Notes: generated by a model not told the origin, from the letters alone. Counted from the stretch's first letter, positions 27,470-40,238 are shown. The stretch: 64,000 nucleotides of DNA from an uncultured Eubacteriales bacterium (GCA_964367815.1 CAYIYR010000003.1:8183-72182), one strand, 5' to 3'. Program-made: numbers and translations.

Positions 27470-28729
27470 TTAACTCCTTTTAATAGTATTTATACATTTT
27501 AACACATATATGTTATTTTGCAATGCTTTTCGCTCGTATAATCGGTAGATTAAAGGAACCAAAATAATCTCATTCGCCGAATTGGTTACAATCGGCCAAG
27601 TCTTTCTTTGCCACACGGGTATCTTTTTATCAATAAAAAGACGTTTTAGAGACTTATGGCCAGCTTTTAAATTAATGTAATCATCAGGTTGATAAGTTCG
27701 AATGGTTAAGGGGAAGTCGGTTGGCATAACTTGAACGCCTTCCATCTTCACACCCGTTAAAGCGACAGAAAAATACCGAGTATCCATTGTTTCTAACGAA
27801 TCCAAGCGATAAGAATACGATACTGTCTCATTATTGATAACGCTAATTATATCGTACGATTTATTCATAACAATGGTACCAGCAAGCTCAATGATTATAT
27901 TAGGCTTAGGCGATACAAATTCCTTTATTATCTCATTCAACCTGCTCCCTACTAAATGCTTTCCAAGTTCAGGGCAAAATCCAACAATAAGTTCAAACAA
28001 AGCAATTCGTTTCTCTTCTTCAGTCAAGTTGGCAAACTCACTATAATTAATCTTTGAATCATGAATGATAGCGAGAGCATGTTGTCTTTTCACCTGCCAC
28101 TCGTCTTCATTCTTTTTCATCTCAGCAATTAGTTTATGACGATCTTCAGCACTTAGTTGACTAACAATATCTAATCTAATAGCATTCCGGGTATAATGCT
28201 TAGTAAAATTTGTTTCATCATCACCGAAGGTGATGTCATTAGTTAAACAGTACTGTCGCAAATCGGCTTTGGAAAGATTTAACAATGGGCGAATAACTCG
28301 CATCTGATAAATATTTTCTTCTTCTCTAATAGTTAAACTATCGCCTACACTTTTACGCATTTTCTTGAATAAATAGGTTTCAAGAGCATCGTCTTGCTGG
28401 TGGGCGACCACTAAAGCTTTGGCCTCTTTTTTATCATATATTTTTTTAAAGAACTCATAGCGTTTTTCCCGTGCCCAATTTTGGAAATTTCCCGTAGGCT
28501 CAACCGCAGATAAAACGTAGATTTCTAAGCTATGCAAAGCACAGTATTCGCGCACTATCATTTCATCGCGATTACTAGTCTCTCTTTTGTGATAATTAAT
28601 ATGGCACACTGTGGGAAGATATCCAGAACTAACAAGCATGTCCAAAAGAGCCATTGAATCTGGCCCTCCTGAGACTGCGGCTATTAAGGAATCATTCTTT
28701 TGAATGTCATATGTCTTTAAATCAAGCAT
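27470..28729 (-). CDS. tilS: tRNA(Ile)-lysidine synthetase
   Basis: PP-loop AVSGGPDSMAL and AHQQDD motif; synteny. Confidence 0.9.
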   Translation of the reverse strand: MLDLKTYDIQKNDSLIAAVSGGPDSMALLDMLVSSGYLPTVCHINYHKRETSNRDEMIVREYCALHSLEIYVLSAVEPTGNFQNWAREKRYEFFKKIYDKKEAKALVVAHQQDDALETYLFKKMRKSVGDSLTIREEENIYQMRVIRPLLNLSKADLRQYCLTNDITFGDDETNFTKHYTRNAIRLDIVSQLSAEDRHKLIAEMKKNEDEWQVKRQHALAIIHDSKINYSEFANLTEEEKRIALFELIVGFCPELGKHLVGSRLNEIIKEFVSPKPNIIIELAGTIVMNKSYDIISVINNETVSYSYRLDSLETMDTRYFSVALTGVKMEGVQVMPTDFPLTIRTYQPDDYINLKAGHKSLKRLFIDKKIPVWQRKTWPIVTNSANEIILVPLIYRLYERKALQNNIYVLKCINTIKRS

Positions 28730-28767
28730 TTAATCACCATTAATATATTAGCATATATTTATAGTTT

Positions 28768-31041
28768 TTACACAACCTTAATTGCAATTAAAGTTACATC
28801 ATCTGTAAGGCTTTCCGAATATGTTGCTAAGATCTTTTGAACTAATGTTTGCGGATTTGCCTCTTCATTGCTCTTGAAAATGTCTTCTAAGTCCTCATTT
28901 CGAATATTTAAGCCATCACTGGCCATCAAAAGTAAGTCATTTTTCTCACTTTCCATTACATAATCGAAGGCTTCGACATCCTCAACAATCCCAATTGGTA
29001 AAGCTGAAGAAGATATTTGCGTCAATTTATTGTTTCGAAATAGATAAGTAGGTGGAGCTCCGGTTTTGGTAAAGCAAGCCATTCCAGTATGGTTATCAAG
29101 GGAAAGAATATCCAGTGTTGCGTATGACTCATTAAGGTTTTGCAATTTTAAAACTGAATTGATTATCTTAACTGCTACCCCATTTTTAACTCCCATTTCT
29201 AAAATTTTTTGTAAGACTGAAATTGTAGCTTTGCTAGCTTGTGAGGCCTTTTCACCGCTACCCATTCCATCACTAATAACAAAATGCATCTGTCCGGTAG
29301 AATTAATCACAACATAAGTATCGCCACAGACCTTCTCTTTGGCTAGGCTTCCGCAACCATATAAAAAAGAATAATCACGTTTCTCTTGAAAGGTTAGTTG
29401 ATAATAATCATCAAAGTTGGAACGACAAATAGTAGCATCTGCCAATGGCGTTGCCGATACTTTCTCAAGCACTTTTTTTATTGCTAAGTTATCAAAACTT
29501 TTGACAATTCCTAACTCAATTGTGATTAAATCAAGCTCATCGCGTAGATACTTCACATAGATAGGAAAAATACGGGCTTGTGCTAAAGTTTTTTCGATTT
29601 CTTGTTCTATTTTGCTGCCACTAATACCCGCCTCATTAATATCAGTTTTGAGACTTTCAACGATGTTAGCGACTCCTTTAATATTATCACGCATCAATCC
29701 TTTCAAATCATTATATCTACTGATGTAGCGCTGCTCTAAGACATTCTCTTGACGATGCTGATAACAGCTTCGTAAGAGTATACTAGCCTTTAGACAATTA
29801 CTAGTTATATAATTATGTTCATCATTGCTGATATTTTCATATATAAGTTTCTGACAAGTCTTCAATATACCATTTTGGCTGTTATAACAAACTTGACGCT
29901 TAGGGCAAAGCGTGCAAACCTCTTTACAAACTTTTACAATGCTGTTTTCCTGCGCTTTATCTACACTTTTATCAAATACTTGGCTGATTATACGATCATT
30001 GATTTCTTGAAGTGTTTCAAGACGATGAACTATTTTTCCTTGAAGTTTTTCATAATGTTTTTCTTGAATGATAAAAATTTCTTCATTGCTAGGGATTCTT
30101 TTTTTCAGTCTTGCTAATAGCGTTGAAGGAATTAGCAGAAAAATTAAGCAACTACTTCCCCATTCAATCAATGCATATAAGGGTAATAACTCTTCGCCTA
30201 AGAAGTAATTAATTGCAAAGAAAGCCGCAATATAAGAAAGGATAATTATCAGTTTCGGCTTGGTAGAGAATAGACTAGCGGCAAATGTTCCACTAAGCAA
30301 ATAGGCATAGTAAATATCAGGTACTTGAGCAAAGGCTTTTAATAATACACAAGCTAGTAAACTCACTAGCATTCCATTGCCAGTCCCACATAGACAAGAA
30401 CTCAATAAGCAAATTGAAGCGATTAGAATGAAAGGTATACTTATAGGTAAGCCGAACGAAGGTATTCCCATTGCTCCAGACATGAATACTATGCAAGCCG
30501 TAGTAATTAAATATGAGCTATAGAAACGATGACCTTTTTGTAAGCAACCAAGATAGTAAACTAAGCAATAACAAGCGATCGATAAAAGTATTGATACGAA
30601 AATATGATTGTAAGTATAAGTCACTCCAATCCCCCGATAAAACAGATATCGCATTAGTAGATCAGCTAATAAGGTTGCTAGAGGCAAACTAATTCGTATG
30701 CTTACCTTTAGTAAACGAATTGATAATAAAGCAAGGAAGAAAAAGAAACAGCCTATTAACAAAGCAACATTGTCAATGTAATTATATACAGCAAGAGCGA
30801 CAGCACTAGCTATAATAGCAAAGACTGTTTCCAATTTGCCCAAATAATAAGCAATGGCAATTATCGGCAAAAACAACAAGGCATTTCTATCAGCTATTTG
30901 CACATTACTAATAGCAAAACTGAGAGTGGCAAATACTACCCCCCTCTTCCAATGCAAATTTGTCTTTTCTCGACTTTTAATGGCAACATTTGCCTTACTA
31001 TAAGCTTGATCCATGTCATCACCCAAGCCTGAGTTTATCAT
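28768..31041 (-). CDS. spoIIE: Stage II sporulation protein E (membrane PP2C phosphatase)
   Basis: ~10 N-terminal TMs and a C-terminal PP2C domain (ISDGMGSGEKA ... LLMASDGL ... TDDVTLI). Located upstream of tilS as in Bacillus. An alternative start at 31014 is possible. Confidence 0.8.
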   Translation of the reverse strand: MINSGLGDDMDQAYSKANVAIKSREKTNLHWKRGVVFATLSFAISNVQIADRNALLFLPIIAIAYYLGKLETVFAIIASAVALAVYNYIDNVALLIGCFFFFLALLSIRLLKVSIRISLPLATLLADLLMRYLFYRGIGVTYTYNHIFVSILLSIACYCLVYYLGCLQKGHRFYSSYLITTACIVFMSGAMGIPSFGLPISIPFILIASICLLSSCLCGTGNGMLVSLLACVLLKAFAQVPDIYYAYLLSGTFAASLFSTKPKLIIILSYIAAFFAINYFLGEELLPLYALIEWGSSCLIFLLIPSTLLARLKKRIPSNEEIFIIQEKHYEKLQGKIVHRLETLQEINDRIISQVFDKSVDKAQENSIVKVCKEVCTLCPKRQVCYNSQNGILKTCQKLIYENISNDEHNYITSNCLKASILLRSCYQHRQENVLEQRYISRYNDLKGLMRDNIKGVANIVESLKTDINEAGISGSKIEQEIEKTLAQARIFPIYVKYLRDELDLITIELGIVKSFDNLAIKKVLEKVSATPLADATICRSNFDDYYQLTFQEKRDYSFLYGCGSLAKEKVCGDTYVVINSTGQMHFVISDGMGSGEKASQASKATISVLQKILEMGVKNGVAVKIINSVLKLQNLNESYATLDILSLDNHTGMACFTKTGAPPTYLFRNNKLTQISSSALPIGIVEDVEAFDYVMESEKNDLLLMASDGLNIRNEDLEDIFKSNEEANPQTLVQKILATYSESLTDDVTLIAIKVV

Positions 31042-31070
31042 CTATAAGGCAAAAAAAATGTCGAAATTAT

Positions 31071-33327
<2,257 letters not shown>

Positions 33328-35517
33328 CTATCCCTTCTTTTTGATACCAGTAAAGTTACGGGAAATAGTTTTCTGACCGACCTTAGGGTCTTTGAAAACA
33401 ATTACCAACGAGGTTTCATTAACCAAAATAATGATTCCTTCACCAAAAGCAACGTGCTCAACCATTTCTCCTGGCCGATAACCTTCGTTCGAATTCTGTA
33501 AAACTGAATGTTCACGCACCTTTTGGGCTGGCCGATGAACAAAGGGTGTTGTTGGCGCGGAAGTAAATCGCCGATAGGGAGTGATTTGCGTTTGAATTTC
33601 TCTTATGAAACGCGAAGCTGTTCCATAGCCTTTTGAGGCAAAATTATAGCCTGTACTGTAACTAATAAAGAGTTGTTTCATCGCTCTAGTAAAAGCAACA
33701 TAGGCTAAACGTCTCTCTTCCTCTAATCGATCATTATCTTCATAACTGTTATCTAAGCCATCGATAGAACGAATGCTATTAATTGATCTAGCATTTGGGA
33801 AAACTCCTTCAGATAAGCCGACCACAAAAACAAAGGGAAATTCCAATCCTTTTGCAGTGTGAATAGTCATGAGGGAAACATAGTTTCCATCAACCATTTC
33901 ATCCTGTGATGAATAAAGAGCTATTTCTTGCATAATTTCGGCTAATTCAACTTCAGGATTCGCTATTTGGAAGTTAAACAGATAACTGCTTAATTCCTTT
34001 AAGTTTTCAATTCTTTCCTTTTCATCACTTTCACGCAAAGATGGTGTGTACTCCACTTCTTCCAACAAGTTTTCGAGCAATTCACCATAATTAGGTTTAT
34101 CAGTTTCATTCAAACTATGCCGATATTTCTCCATGGCTGCCATCAAAGTATGTAATGGCGAGCTTTCAACTTTTTCTGCATATTTATTAGCTAGGAATTG
34201 ATATGGTGTGATATTCGCAGCTTCAGCAGCGGTATAAATACCGGCCAATGTTTTATCACCAACGCCGCGTTTAGGTGTATTAATAATTCGATCTAAAGCC
34301 AAATTATCTTCTGGACGCACCAAAAGACGTAAATAGCAGATAGCATCCTTAACTTCTTTTCTTTCAAAGAATTTAACGCCGCCAAAAATACTATATGGTA
34401 TCTTTGAGGTATATAAAGCACTTTCAAAAGCCCGTGAATAATAGTTTGAACGGTATAAAATTGCGAAATCGCGATAACTGAGTTGTTGATTCTTTGCAAG
34501 CAATTCTTTGATGCGTTCACTCACCCATTTAGCTTCAATTTCTGGCGTTGAGGCTTGATAATATATAATTTTTGCTCCTGATCCATTAACCGTTGTTAGA
34601 TTCTTTGCTATCCGTTTTTTATTATTAGCAATCAATTCATTAGCACCATTTAAGATTGACTGAGTTGAACGATAATTGCAATCCAAAACATAATCAACGG
34701 CACCAGGAAAATCCTTTGCAAAATCAATAATAATATCGATATTAGCTCCACGCCAAGTATAGATAGTTTGGTCAGGATCACCGACAACAAATACATTGGC
34801 ATCAGAGCCGGCTAAAAGTTGGATTAAACGATATTGAATATTATTTGTATCCTGAAATTCATCAACCAAAATATAGTTAAATCTTCTTGACCATTTTTTA
34901 TAAATATAATCATTGGTTTCTAGAATTTGAACAGTTTTTATTAATAGGTCATCAAAGTCTAGGTAACCATTGTTTTTTAGATACTCTTCATAAGCTGCAT
35001 ATATTTCCGCCCGATTATGTTCACCATAAAGATTCGCGCAACTTTGCAAAGCTTGTTCCGGATTAATTCGATAGGTTTTGCACTCGGAAATATAATTAAC
35101 CACCGATGATGGCTTAAGGACAATCTTTGCATCTGCTTCTTCTAGAAGTTTCTTTACTATTTTTTCCTGGTCCTCTTCATCGATAATAATGAAATTGTGC
35201 GGATAATTTAATGCACTAATCTCTTCCCGCAAAAAGCGAGCACAAAAAGAGTGATAGGTTGAAATGTAAGAGCCACAATTTTCGCATTCTAAAGAGTCTT
35301 CTACTCTTTTCCGCATTTCTCGTGCTGCTTTATTGGTAAAGGTGATTGCTAGTATAGTCCAAGCCGGAACGCCACAAGACTCAATTAAATACGCCAATCT
35401 TGTGGTCAATACCCGAGTTTTGCCACTTCCAGCACCAGCAATAACCCGAATATACTTGTCATTACTCGTAACCGCATCATATTGTGAAGAGTTAAGTTTT
35501 GTTAATAAATCTTTCAT
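33328..35517 (-). CDS. pcrA: ATP-dependent DNA helicase PcrA (UvrD family)
   Basis: LNSSQYDAV, AGAGSGKT, DEFQDTN, TIHTAKGLEF. ATG at 35517 after GGGGTGAG is preferred over the upstream GTG. Confidence 0.95.
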   Translation of the reverse strand: MKDLLTKLNSSQYDAVTSNDKYIRVIAGAGSGKTRVLTTRLAYLIESCGVPAWTILAITFTNKAAREMRKRVEDSLECENCGSYISTYHSFCARFLREEISALNYPHNFIIIDEEDQEKIVKKLLEEADAKIVLKPSSVVNYISECKTYRINPEQALQSCANLYGEHNRAEIYAAYEEYLKNNGYLDFDDLLIKTVQILETNDYIYKKWSRRFNYILVDEFQDTNNIQYRLIQLLAGSDANVFVVGDPDQTIYTWRGANIDIIIDFAKDFPGAVDYVLDCNYRSTQSILNGANELIANNKKRIAKNLTTVNGSGAKIIYYQASTPEIEAKWVSERIKELLAKNQQLSYRDFAILYRSNYYSRAFESALYTSKIPYSIFGGVKFFERKEVKDAICYLRLLVRPEDNLALDRIINTPKRGVGDKTLAGIYTAAEAANITPYQFLANKYAEKVESSPLHTLMAAMEKYRHSLNETDKPNYGELLENLLEEVEYTPSLRESDEKERIENLKELSSYLFNFQIANPEVELAEIMQEIALYSSQDEMVDGNYVSLMTIHTAKGLEFPFVFVVGLSEGVFPNARSINSIRSIDGLDNSYEDNDRLEEERRLAYVAFTRAMKQLFISYSTGYNFASKGYGTASRFIREIQTQITPYRRFTSAPTTPFVHRPAQKVREHSVLQNSNEGYRPGEMVEHVAFGEGIIILVNETSLVIVFKDPKVGQKTISRNFTGIKKKG

Positions 35518-35688
35518 GGCAAATCTCACCCCATTCTCCTATTTCACATACGACAATATTATAACATAGAAGCGATAATTTATAAAGAGAGAAAGCAGCT
35601 CTTGAAAGATAAAATTTTATAAATTTTTCTTTCTGTTATAGGCAAAGAAACACAATTGTGATAAAATAAGCAAGCGAGGTGTATTATT

Positions 35689-36600
35689 ATGAAACCAGTA
35701 AGAGCATTAACATTTGGCGGTCTGCTTGCCGCACTACATATCATTGCAACTATCTTGTTGCATTTTGCCTGGATCCCTGGCATTGAGCTGATTATTTTAT
35801 TTATTGTTCCTTTCTTCTCCGCCATGTATTCTTACAAATGCAAATTTAGAGAAACCATTATCTTTGCACTGGCAACCTTAATTGTTTGTACAATCATTGA
35901 TCCCACTGCTGGATTACTCTACATCTTACCTACTCTTGCAGTAGGAGTTGTCTATGGAGAATTAGTTAAGCATAAAGCTAATGGAACAACCATCGTTTAT
36001 ACCCTAACAATCTTAGAGTTTGCTCTGTTCTTCTTATCAGCAGTCATTTTAAAATGGTTTACCAGCGTGGACATTATTCTCAGCTTAAAGACAATCTTCC
36101 ACCTAGCAAAAACTAAAAATGATTTCTTGTCATTGGGATTGCTGCTAGGCTATTCCTTCATGCAAGCTTTCTTATTACATTTCATTTTAAGAGCACAGCT
36201 AAAGAGAATGGGAATTACTGTCACCAAAACTACTAACCCACCATTTTGGGTATTAATTCTTTCAATCGCAAGTTTAATTGCTTGCTTTATGCCTTGGAAA
36301 CAAGATATCTATATCATCTTTACAACAACTGCCGCGATTGTTTTCAGTTTACCAATTGCTCTATATGGATATCAAATTACTTCAAAACCATGGATAATAT
36401 TAGCGGTTCAAGCCGTTGTATTTCTCGGTGGAACATTACCATTGCTAAAGGTTTATACTTCCTATCAAGCAGTACTACCATACATCATTCTCTTTGCACC
36501 ACCAGTTCTTTACGCTCTATATGAGTTAATTATGCATACATATGTCCAACAACCAGCGAAAGTAACAAACGCAAAAAGCACAAAAAAAGACAAAAAATAA
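35689..36600 (+). CDS. Polytopic membrane protein, DUF2232/YybS-like
   Basis: 303 aa. N-terminus MKPVRALTFGGLLAALHIIATILL resembles my recollection of B. subtilis YybS (..TRAITEGAIMLAL..). ~9 TMs and a Lys-rich tail. RBS GCGAGGTG. Confidence 0.45.
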   Translation: MKPVRALTFGGLLAALHIIATILLHFAWIPGIELIILFIVPFFSAMYSYKCKFRETIIFALATLIVCTIIDPTAGLLYILPTLAVGVVYGELVKHKANGTTIVYTLTILEFALFFLSAVILKWFTSVDIILSLKTIFHLAKTKNDFLSLGLLLGYSFMQAFLLHFILRAQLKRMGITVTKTTNPPFWVLILSIASLIACFMPWKQDIYIIFTTTAAIVFSLPIALYGYQITSKPWIILAVQAVVFLGGTLPLLKVYTSYQAVLPYIILFAPPVLYALYELIMHTYVQQPAKVTNAKSTKKDKK

Positions 36601-36619
36601 TCTTTAAGGAGGAGCATTG

Positions 36620-36964
36620 ATGTTAGAATTTTTCAAAACATTTGGTCAAGGCCTACTCTACGTCATTATTAGTCCTTTTTTGCTTGCAATTTTTTCGATA
36701 TATCTTGTCTATGCCATCGTGACATATTTTATTTTGGAAATATGCTCAATTTTCTGGTTCTTCTCTGGCCGCAATATTAATAGCGAAGATGATGAAACTA
36801 GAGAACTGTTGAAGATTCAAAATGATATTGCCACCGCAAAGGGCATAGCTGGAGCGGCTACTATTCTTCCTGACAATCCCGAGTTGCAGGCCAATACCGC
36901 TCAAATAATCTCCAAAAAAGAGGAGGTGTCTTCAGATGATGATGATAAATCGAGTTCTGATTAA
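36620..36964 (+). CDS. Hypothetical small membrane protein (2 TM + acidic Ser/Asp tail)
   Basis: ATG at 36620 after GGAGGAG. 114 aa ending ...EEVSSDDDDKSSSD. Overlaps the next gene by 29 nt. Confidence 0.55.
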   Translation: MLEFFKTFGQGLLYVIISPFLLAIFSIYLVYAIVTYFILEICSIFWFFSGRNINSEDDETRELLKIQNDIATAKGIAGAATILPDNPELQANTAQIISKKEEVSSDDDDKSSSD

Positions 36965-37580
36965 TCTTCCCCTCTTAGTAAAACTAAGTGAAACGGAAAA
37001 GAAAGTATTAATAATCCTAGCTGTTGTTTTCGCTTTTGTCTTTGTAATCGTAGGACTAATCGTTAAAGCTATTCGTTCTTGGATGAAAGAGCAGTCTAAA
37101 CATATTGATTTTTATCTCTATGACCTCTGCAAATACCGTGTCTTGAAAACACCAAACGAAGTTGTTAAGTATGTCTATCGTCGCGAAACGAAGACCCTAT
37201 ATCTAAAGATACGTTGGTCTTTAAGAATCTTTATCCTTGCTGCCATTGGTTTTATTATCTATTTTGAATATGCCGTGGGTACCGATTTCAATCGCGCCCT
37301 TACCATTGTCACTGATCTGCTTGTAAAACTTGAATGGCCAACAAGCACTTTCTTTGGGATTAAAATGGTTAGCGGTTGGCCGACAATTATTAAATCGCCA
37401 GTCGTATATCTTGATTTAACAGGTTATATCACCTACGTGATGTTAATAATAACACTATGGATGGTAATCAATCTATTTATTCAAACATTGGGTTTTGTTA
37501 GTAAGCAAAGACGAGCACGAAAAGTCTCGGTATCAGCTTTTGGCCGCAGTCTTGATCCGGAGGAAAGAAATAATGAATAA
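36936..37580 (+). CDS. Hypothetical membrane protein (3-4 TM)
   Basis: GAGGAGGTG 7 nt upstream of the ATG; 214 aa with no recognised motif. Overlaps the next gene by 8 nt (ATGAATAA). Confidence 0.55.
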   Translation: MMMINRVLINLPLLVKLSETEKKVLIILAVVFAFVFVIVGLIVKAIRSWMKEQSKHIDFYLYDLCKYRVLKTPNEVVKYVYRRETKTLYLKIRWSLRIFILAAIGFIIYFEYAVGTDFNRALTIVTDLLVKLEWPTSTFFGIKMVSGWPTIIKSPVVYLDLTGYITYVMLIITLWMVINLFIQTLGFVSKQRRARKVSVSAFGRSLDPEERNNE

Positions 37581-38028
37581 CGAAGAGTTCCTTGCAAAAG
37601 GTGAAAAAGTTCTTTATACAAAAAAACTATCTATCTTTCGCATCCTAACGAATACTAATGCTAATGTTATATTGTTAGTTGCTTTCATCATCTTATGCTT
37701 ACAATACATGCTGCCTAACTTTCTTAATTACCTTTTCCCTCTCATTGTATTACAAGCCGGTTTGTTAGTCGTTATCATTATAATCACAGTGTATGATTAT
37801 AAAACTTCTTGCTTCTTTGTCACTGATAAGCGATTAATTTATATTGTTAGTTCACAGGGTCAGCGAAAATGGTTAGATCTTGAATATAATCAGATAGCTG
37901 ATGTCTATACCTCTAATTACAATATAATTGTCGTTACCAACGACAACAAAAAGCATAAATTAGAAACGTTATCAAAGCCTAATCTAGTGGCTGAAGAAAT
38001 CAATAAAGCAAAGAAAAAGTCCAATTAA
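37573..38028 (+). CDS. Membrane protein with bacterial PH (bPH_2/YdbS-like) architecture
   Basis: ATG at 37573 after GGAGGAAAG. Pattern FLAKGEKVLY..(2 TM hairpin)..FFVTDKRLIYIV is typical of YdbS/DUF304 proteins. Confidence 0.5.
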   Translation: MNNEEFLAKGEKVLYTKKLSIFRILTNTNANVILLVAFIILCLQYMLPNFLNYLFPLIVLQAGLLVVIIIITVYDYKTSCFFVTDKRLIYIVSSQGQRKWLDLEYNQIADVYTSNYNIIVVTNDNKKHKLETLSKPNLVAEEINKAKKKSN

Positions 38029-38663
38029 TGGACTTTTTGTTTTTCTATTCTCTTGTTTTTCTTCTTAACTGTCATTTCACTAAGTTCATATAAGCACTTA
38101 GTCGTTCCATACAGTTCCAACAACTTGCTTAATAATATGGCTGTTGCTTGACAATCATTGCTGGCATCATGGAAGGAAATGTCAGACATGTCATAAAATT
38201 CACAAGCTGTTTTCAGCGATGGGACTTGACCAAGGGGCAAATCATTGACATGAATATAAACTCTAGCTAGGTCAACCCAGCGAAAAGTAGCAACATCAAT
38301 CATCTCTTCATTATAATTAAAAAGAATATTGAACATTCGCTGATCATTGCTAGGATCCCATCCCAGCAAGATAGTATCTTGAAAATTGAAATCTAACAAG
38401 TACTCAATGACTTGCTTTCTAGCCATTTCCAAATAGATGCCTTCTCGGCGCAATATCTCTTCATTTATGCCTGTATATTCAACAACATATTTATTCAAGC
38501 GAACGCCTTTTCGTGGAAGAATTAAAGTCGAGAAATCACTGATTTTTTCGATACTATTTTCCTTTAATTCATAAGCGGTCATCGCTATTTGAATCGGTTG
38601 GCTGCCACTTCTAGCGGAAACAAACTCGGTATCAAAAACAATTATGTTCTTAATGGCTTTCAC
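38025..38663 (-). CDS. DEDDh 3'-5' exonuclease domain protein (DnaQ-like)
   Basis: Exo I VFDTEF, Exo II GWDPSNDQRMF, Exo III FHDASNDCQAT. GTG start after GGAGAG. Confidence 0.75.
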   Translation of the reverse strand: MKAIKNIIVFDTEFVSARSGSQPIQIAMTAYELKENSIEKISDFSTLILPRKGVRLNKYVVEYTGINEEILRREGIYLEMARKQVIEYLLDFNFQDTILLGWDPSNDQRMFNILFNYNEEMIDVATFRWVDLARVYIHVNDLPLGQVPSLKTACEFYDMSDISFHDASNDCQATAILLSKLLELYGTTKCLYELSEMTVKKKNKRIEKQKVH

Positions 38664-38679
38664 AATTCATCTCTCCACT

Positions 38680-38802
38680 CTACAATGCTATCGCCCTAAC
38701 GATAACGAAAATGATGTAGGCAATTAAAGCTGCATCTAAGGCTAATATCAATATATTTAGACGCTTGCGTCCACGTATTTTCTCTTTTTCGTTGCGTGGC
38801 AT
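38680..38802 (-). CDS. Putative 40-aa membrane peptide (basic N-terminus + one TM)
   Basis: Below the ORF-track cutoff; own translation MPRNEKEKIRGRKRLNILILALDAALIAYIIFVIVRAIAL. Fills the asnS-exonuclease gap on the same strand. Weak RBS GGATGAG. Confidence 0.35.
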   Translation of the reverse strand: MPRNEKEKIRGRKRLNILILALDAALIAYIIFVIVRAIAL

Positions 38803-38822
38803 CTTACTTACTCATCCTTTCA

Positions 38823-40217
38823 CTAATATAATAGGTTCTTCGGGGTTCTTGGAAATGGCAAAACATCTCTAATATTTTGCATACCTGTAATATACATCAA
38901 AAAGCGCTCAAAGCCAATACCAAATCCTGCATGTGGAACACCACCATAACGGCGTAAGTCCAAATACCATTGTAAGCCGGATTTTTCCATTTTTAATTCA
39001 TCCATGCGTTTGACTAAATAATCATAGCGCTCTTCTCTTTGGCTACCACCAACAATCTCACCGACTGAAGGAACTAATAAGTCACAAGCAGCGACTGTCT
39101 TGTTGTCATCGTTTAGGCGCATATAGAAAGCCTTAATCTCTTTTGGATAATCGATTAAGAAAATTGGTCCATTGACATGTTTCTCACATAAATATCTTTC
39201 GTGCTCGGATTGAAGATCCATGCCCCAATAGATATTGCCATCTTCAAAAACGTGGCCATCCTTAACCGCTTGTTTAAGGATCTCAATACCTTCAGTATAA
39301 GTCATCTTCCTAAACTCACTATTTAAGAGATTCTTTAGACGTTCAATTAATCCCGGCTCAATCATTTGATTGAAGAATTCCATTTCAACCGGACAATTTT
39401 CTAAAACATAATCAATGCAATACTTGATCATATCTTCGATTAAGTCCATATCATCGCCCAAATCAGCAAAAGCAATTTCTGGCTCAACCATCCAGAATTC
39501 AGCCGCATGACGCGTTGTATTGGATTTCTCAGCTCTAAAGGTTGGTCCAAAAGTATAAACATCTCTAAATGCTAAAGCATATGCTTCCGCATTCAACTGG
39601 CCCGAAACAGTCAGTCCAGCTTTCTTGCCAAAGAAATCTTCACTGTATTTTCCATCATTTCTTGTTGTTACGATGAATTCTTCCCCGGCTCCTTCGGCAT
39701 CATTTGAAGTAATCAATGGTGTATGGACATAGACAAATCCTTGATCTTGAAAGAATTCATGAATGGCCATGGAAAGAACAGATCTTACTCTAAACACCGC
39801 ACTAAAAGTGTTAGTTCTCGGTCTGAGGTGAGCAATCTCTCGCAAATACTCAAAACTATGGCGTTTTTTCTGCAATGGATAGTCATTATCAACACCACCT
39901 ACTAGAACGACATTACTAGCCTTGATTTCAAATGGTTGCTTAGTATTGGGTGTGAATACGAGCTTTCCAACAATAGATATTGCACTGCCAGTACTAAACT
40001 TCGCAATATCAGCAAAGTTTTCCAATCCGTTCTCATAAACCAATTGAACATTCTTAAAATATGTCCCGTCATTCAGCTCAATAAAGCCGACACTATTATT
40101 GCTACGATTAGTCCGAATCCAACCTTCCATTTCGACGAAATCTAGAGAGTCTTTTTCCATTTCAGATCCAGTCAAAGCTATATCGAATAATTCTCTCGCC
40201 GTTCTAAATTCTAGCAT
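38823..40217 (-). CDS. asnS: Asparagine--tRNA ligase
   Basis: Class IIb: N-terminal OB fold, motif 2 [21 protein letters not shown], motif 3 [12 protein letters not shown]; 464 aa. The Asn-specifier T-box upstream agrees. Confidence 0.95.
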   Translation of the reverse strand: MLEFRTARELFDIALTGSEMEKDSLDFVEMEGWIRTNRSNNSVGFIELNDGTYFKNVQLVYENGLENFADIAKFSTGSAISIVGKLVFTPNTKQPFEIKASNVVLVGGVDNDYPLQKKRHSFEYLREIAHLRPRTNTFSAVFRVRSVLSMAIHEFFQDQGFVYVHTPLITSNDAEGAGEEFIVTTRNDGKYSEDFFGKKAGLTVSGQLNAEAYALAFRDVYTFGPTFRAEKSNTTRHAAEFWMVEPEIAFADLGDDMDLIEDMIKYCIDYVLENCPVEMEFFNQMIEPGLIERLKNLLNSEFRKMTYTEGIEILKQAVKDGHVFEDGNIYWGMDLQSEHERYLCEKHVNGPIFLIDYPKEIKAFYMRLNDDNKTVAACDLLVPSVGEIVGGSQREERYDYLVKRMDELKMEKSGLQWYLDLRRYGGVPHAGFGIGFERFLMYITGMQNIRDVLPFPRTPKNLLY

Positions 40218-40238
40218 TGCTAAAACCTCCTTAAATAT

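Noticed and set aside
35580-35825. 81-aa minus-strand ORF in the pcrA / membrane-operon divergent region.
   Set aside because: It overlaps the start of the plus-strand 303-aa gene, has no RBS and is not needed to explain the region.
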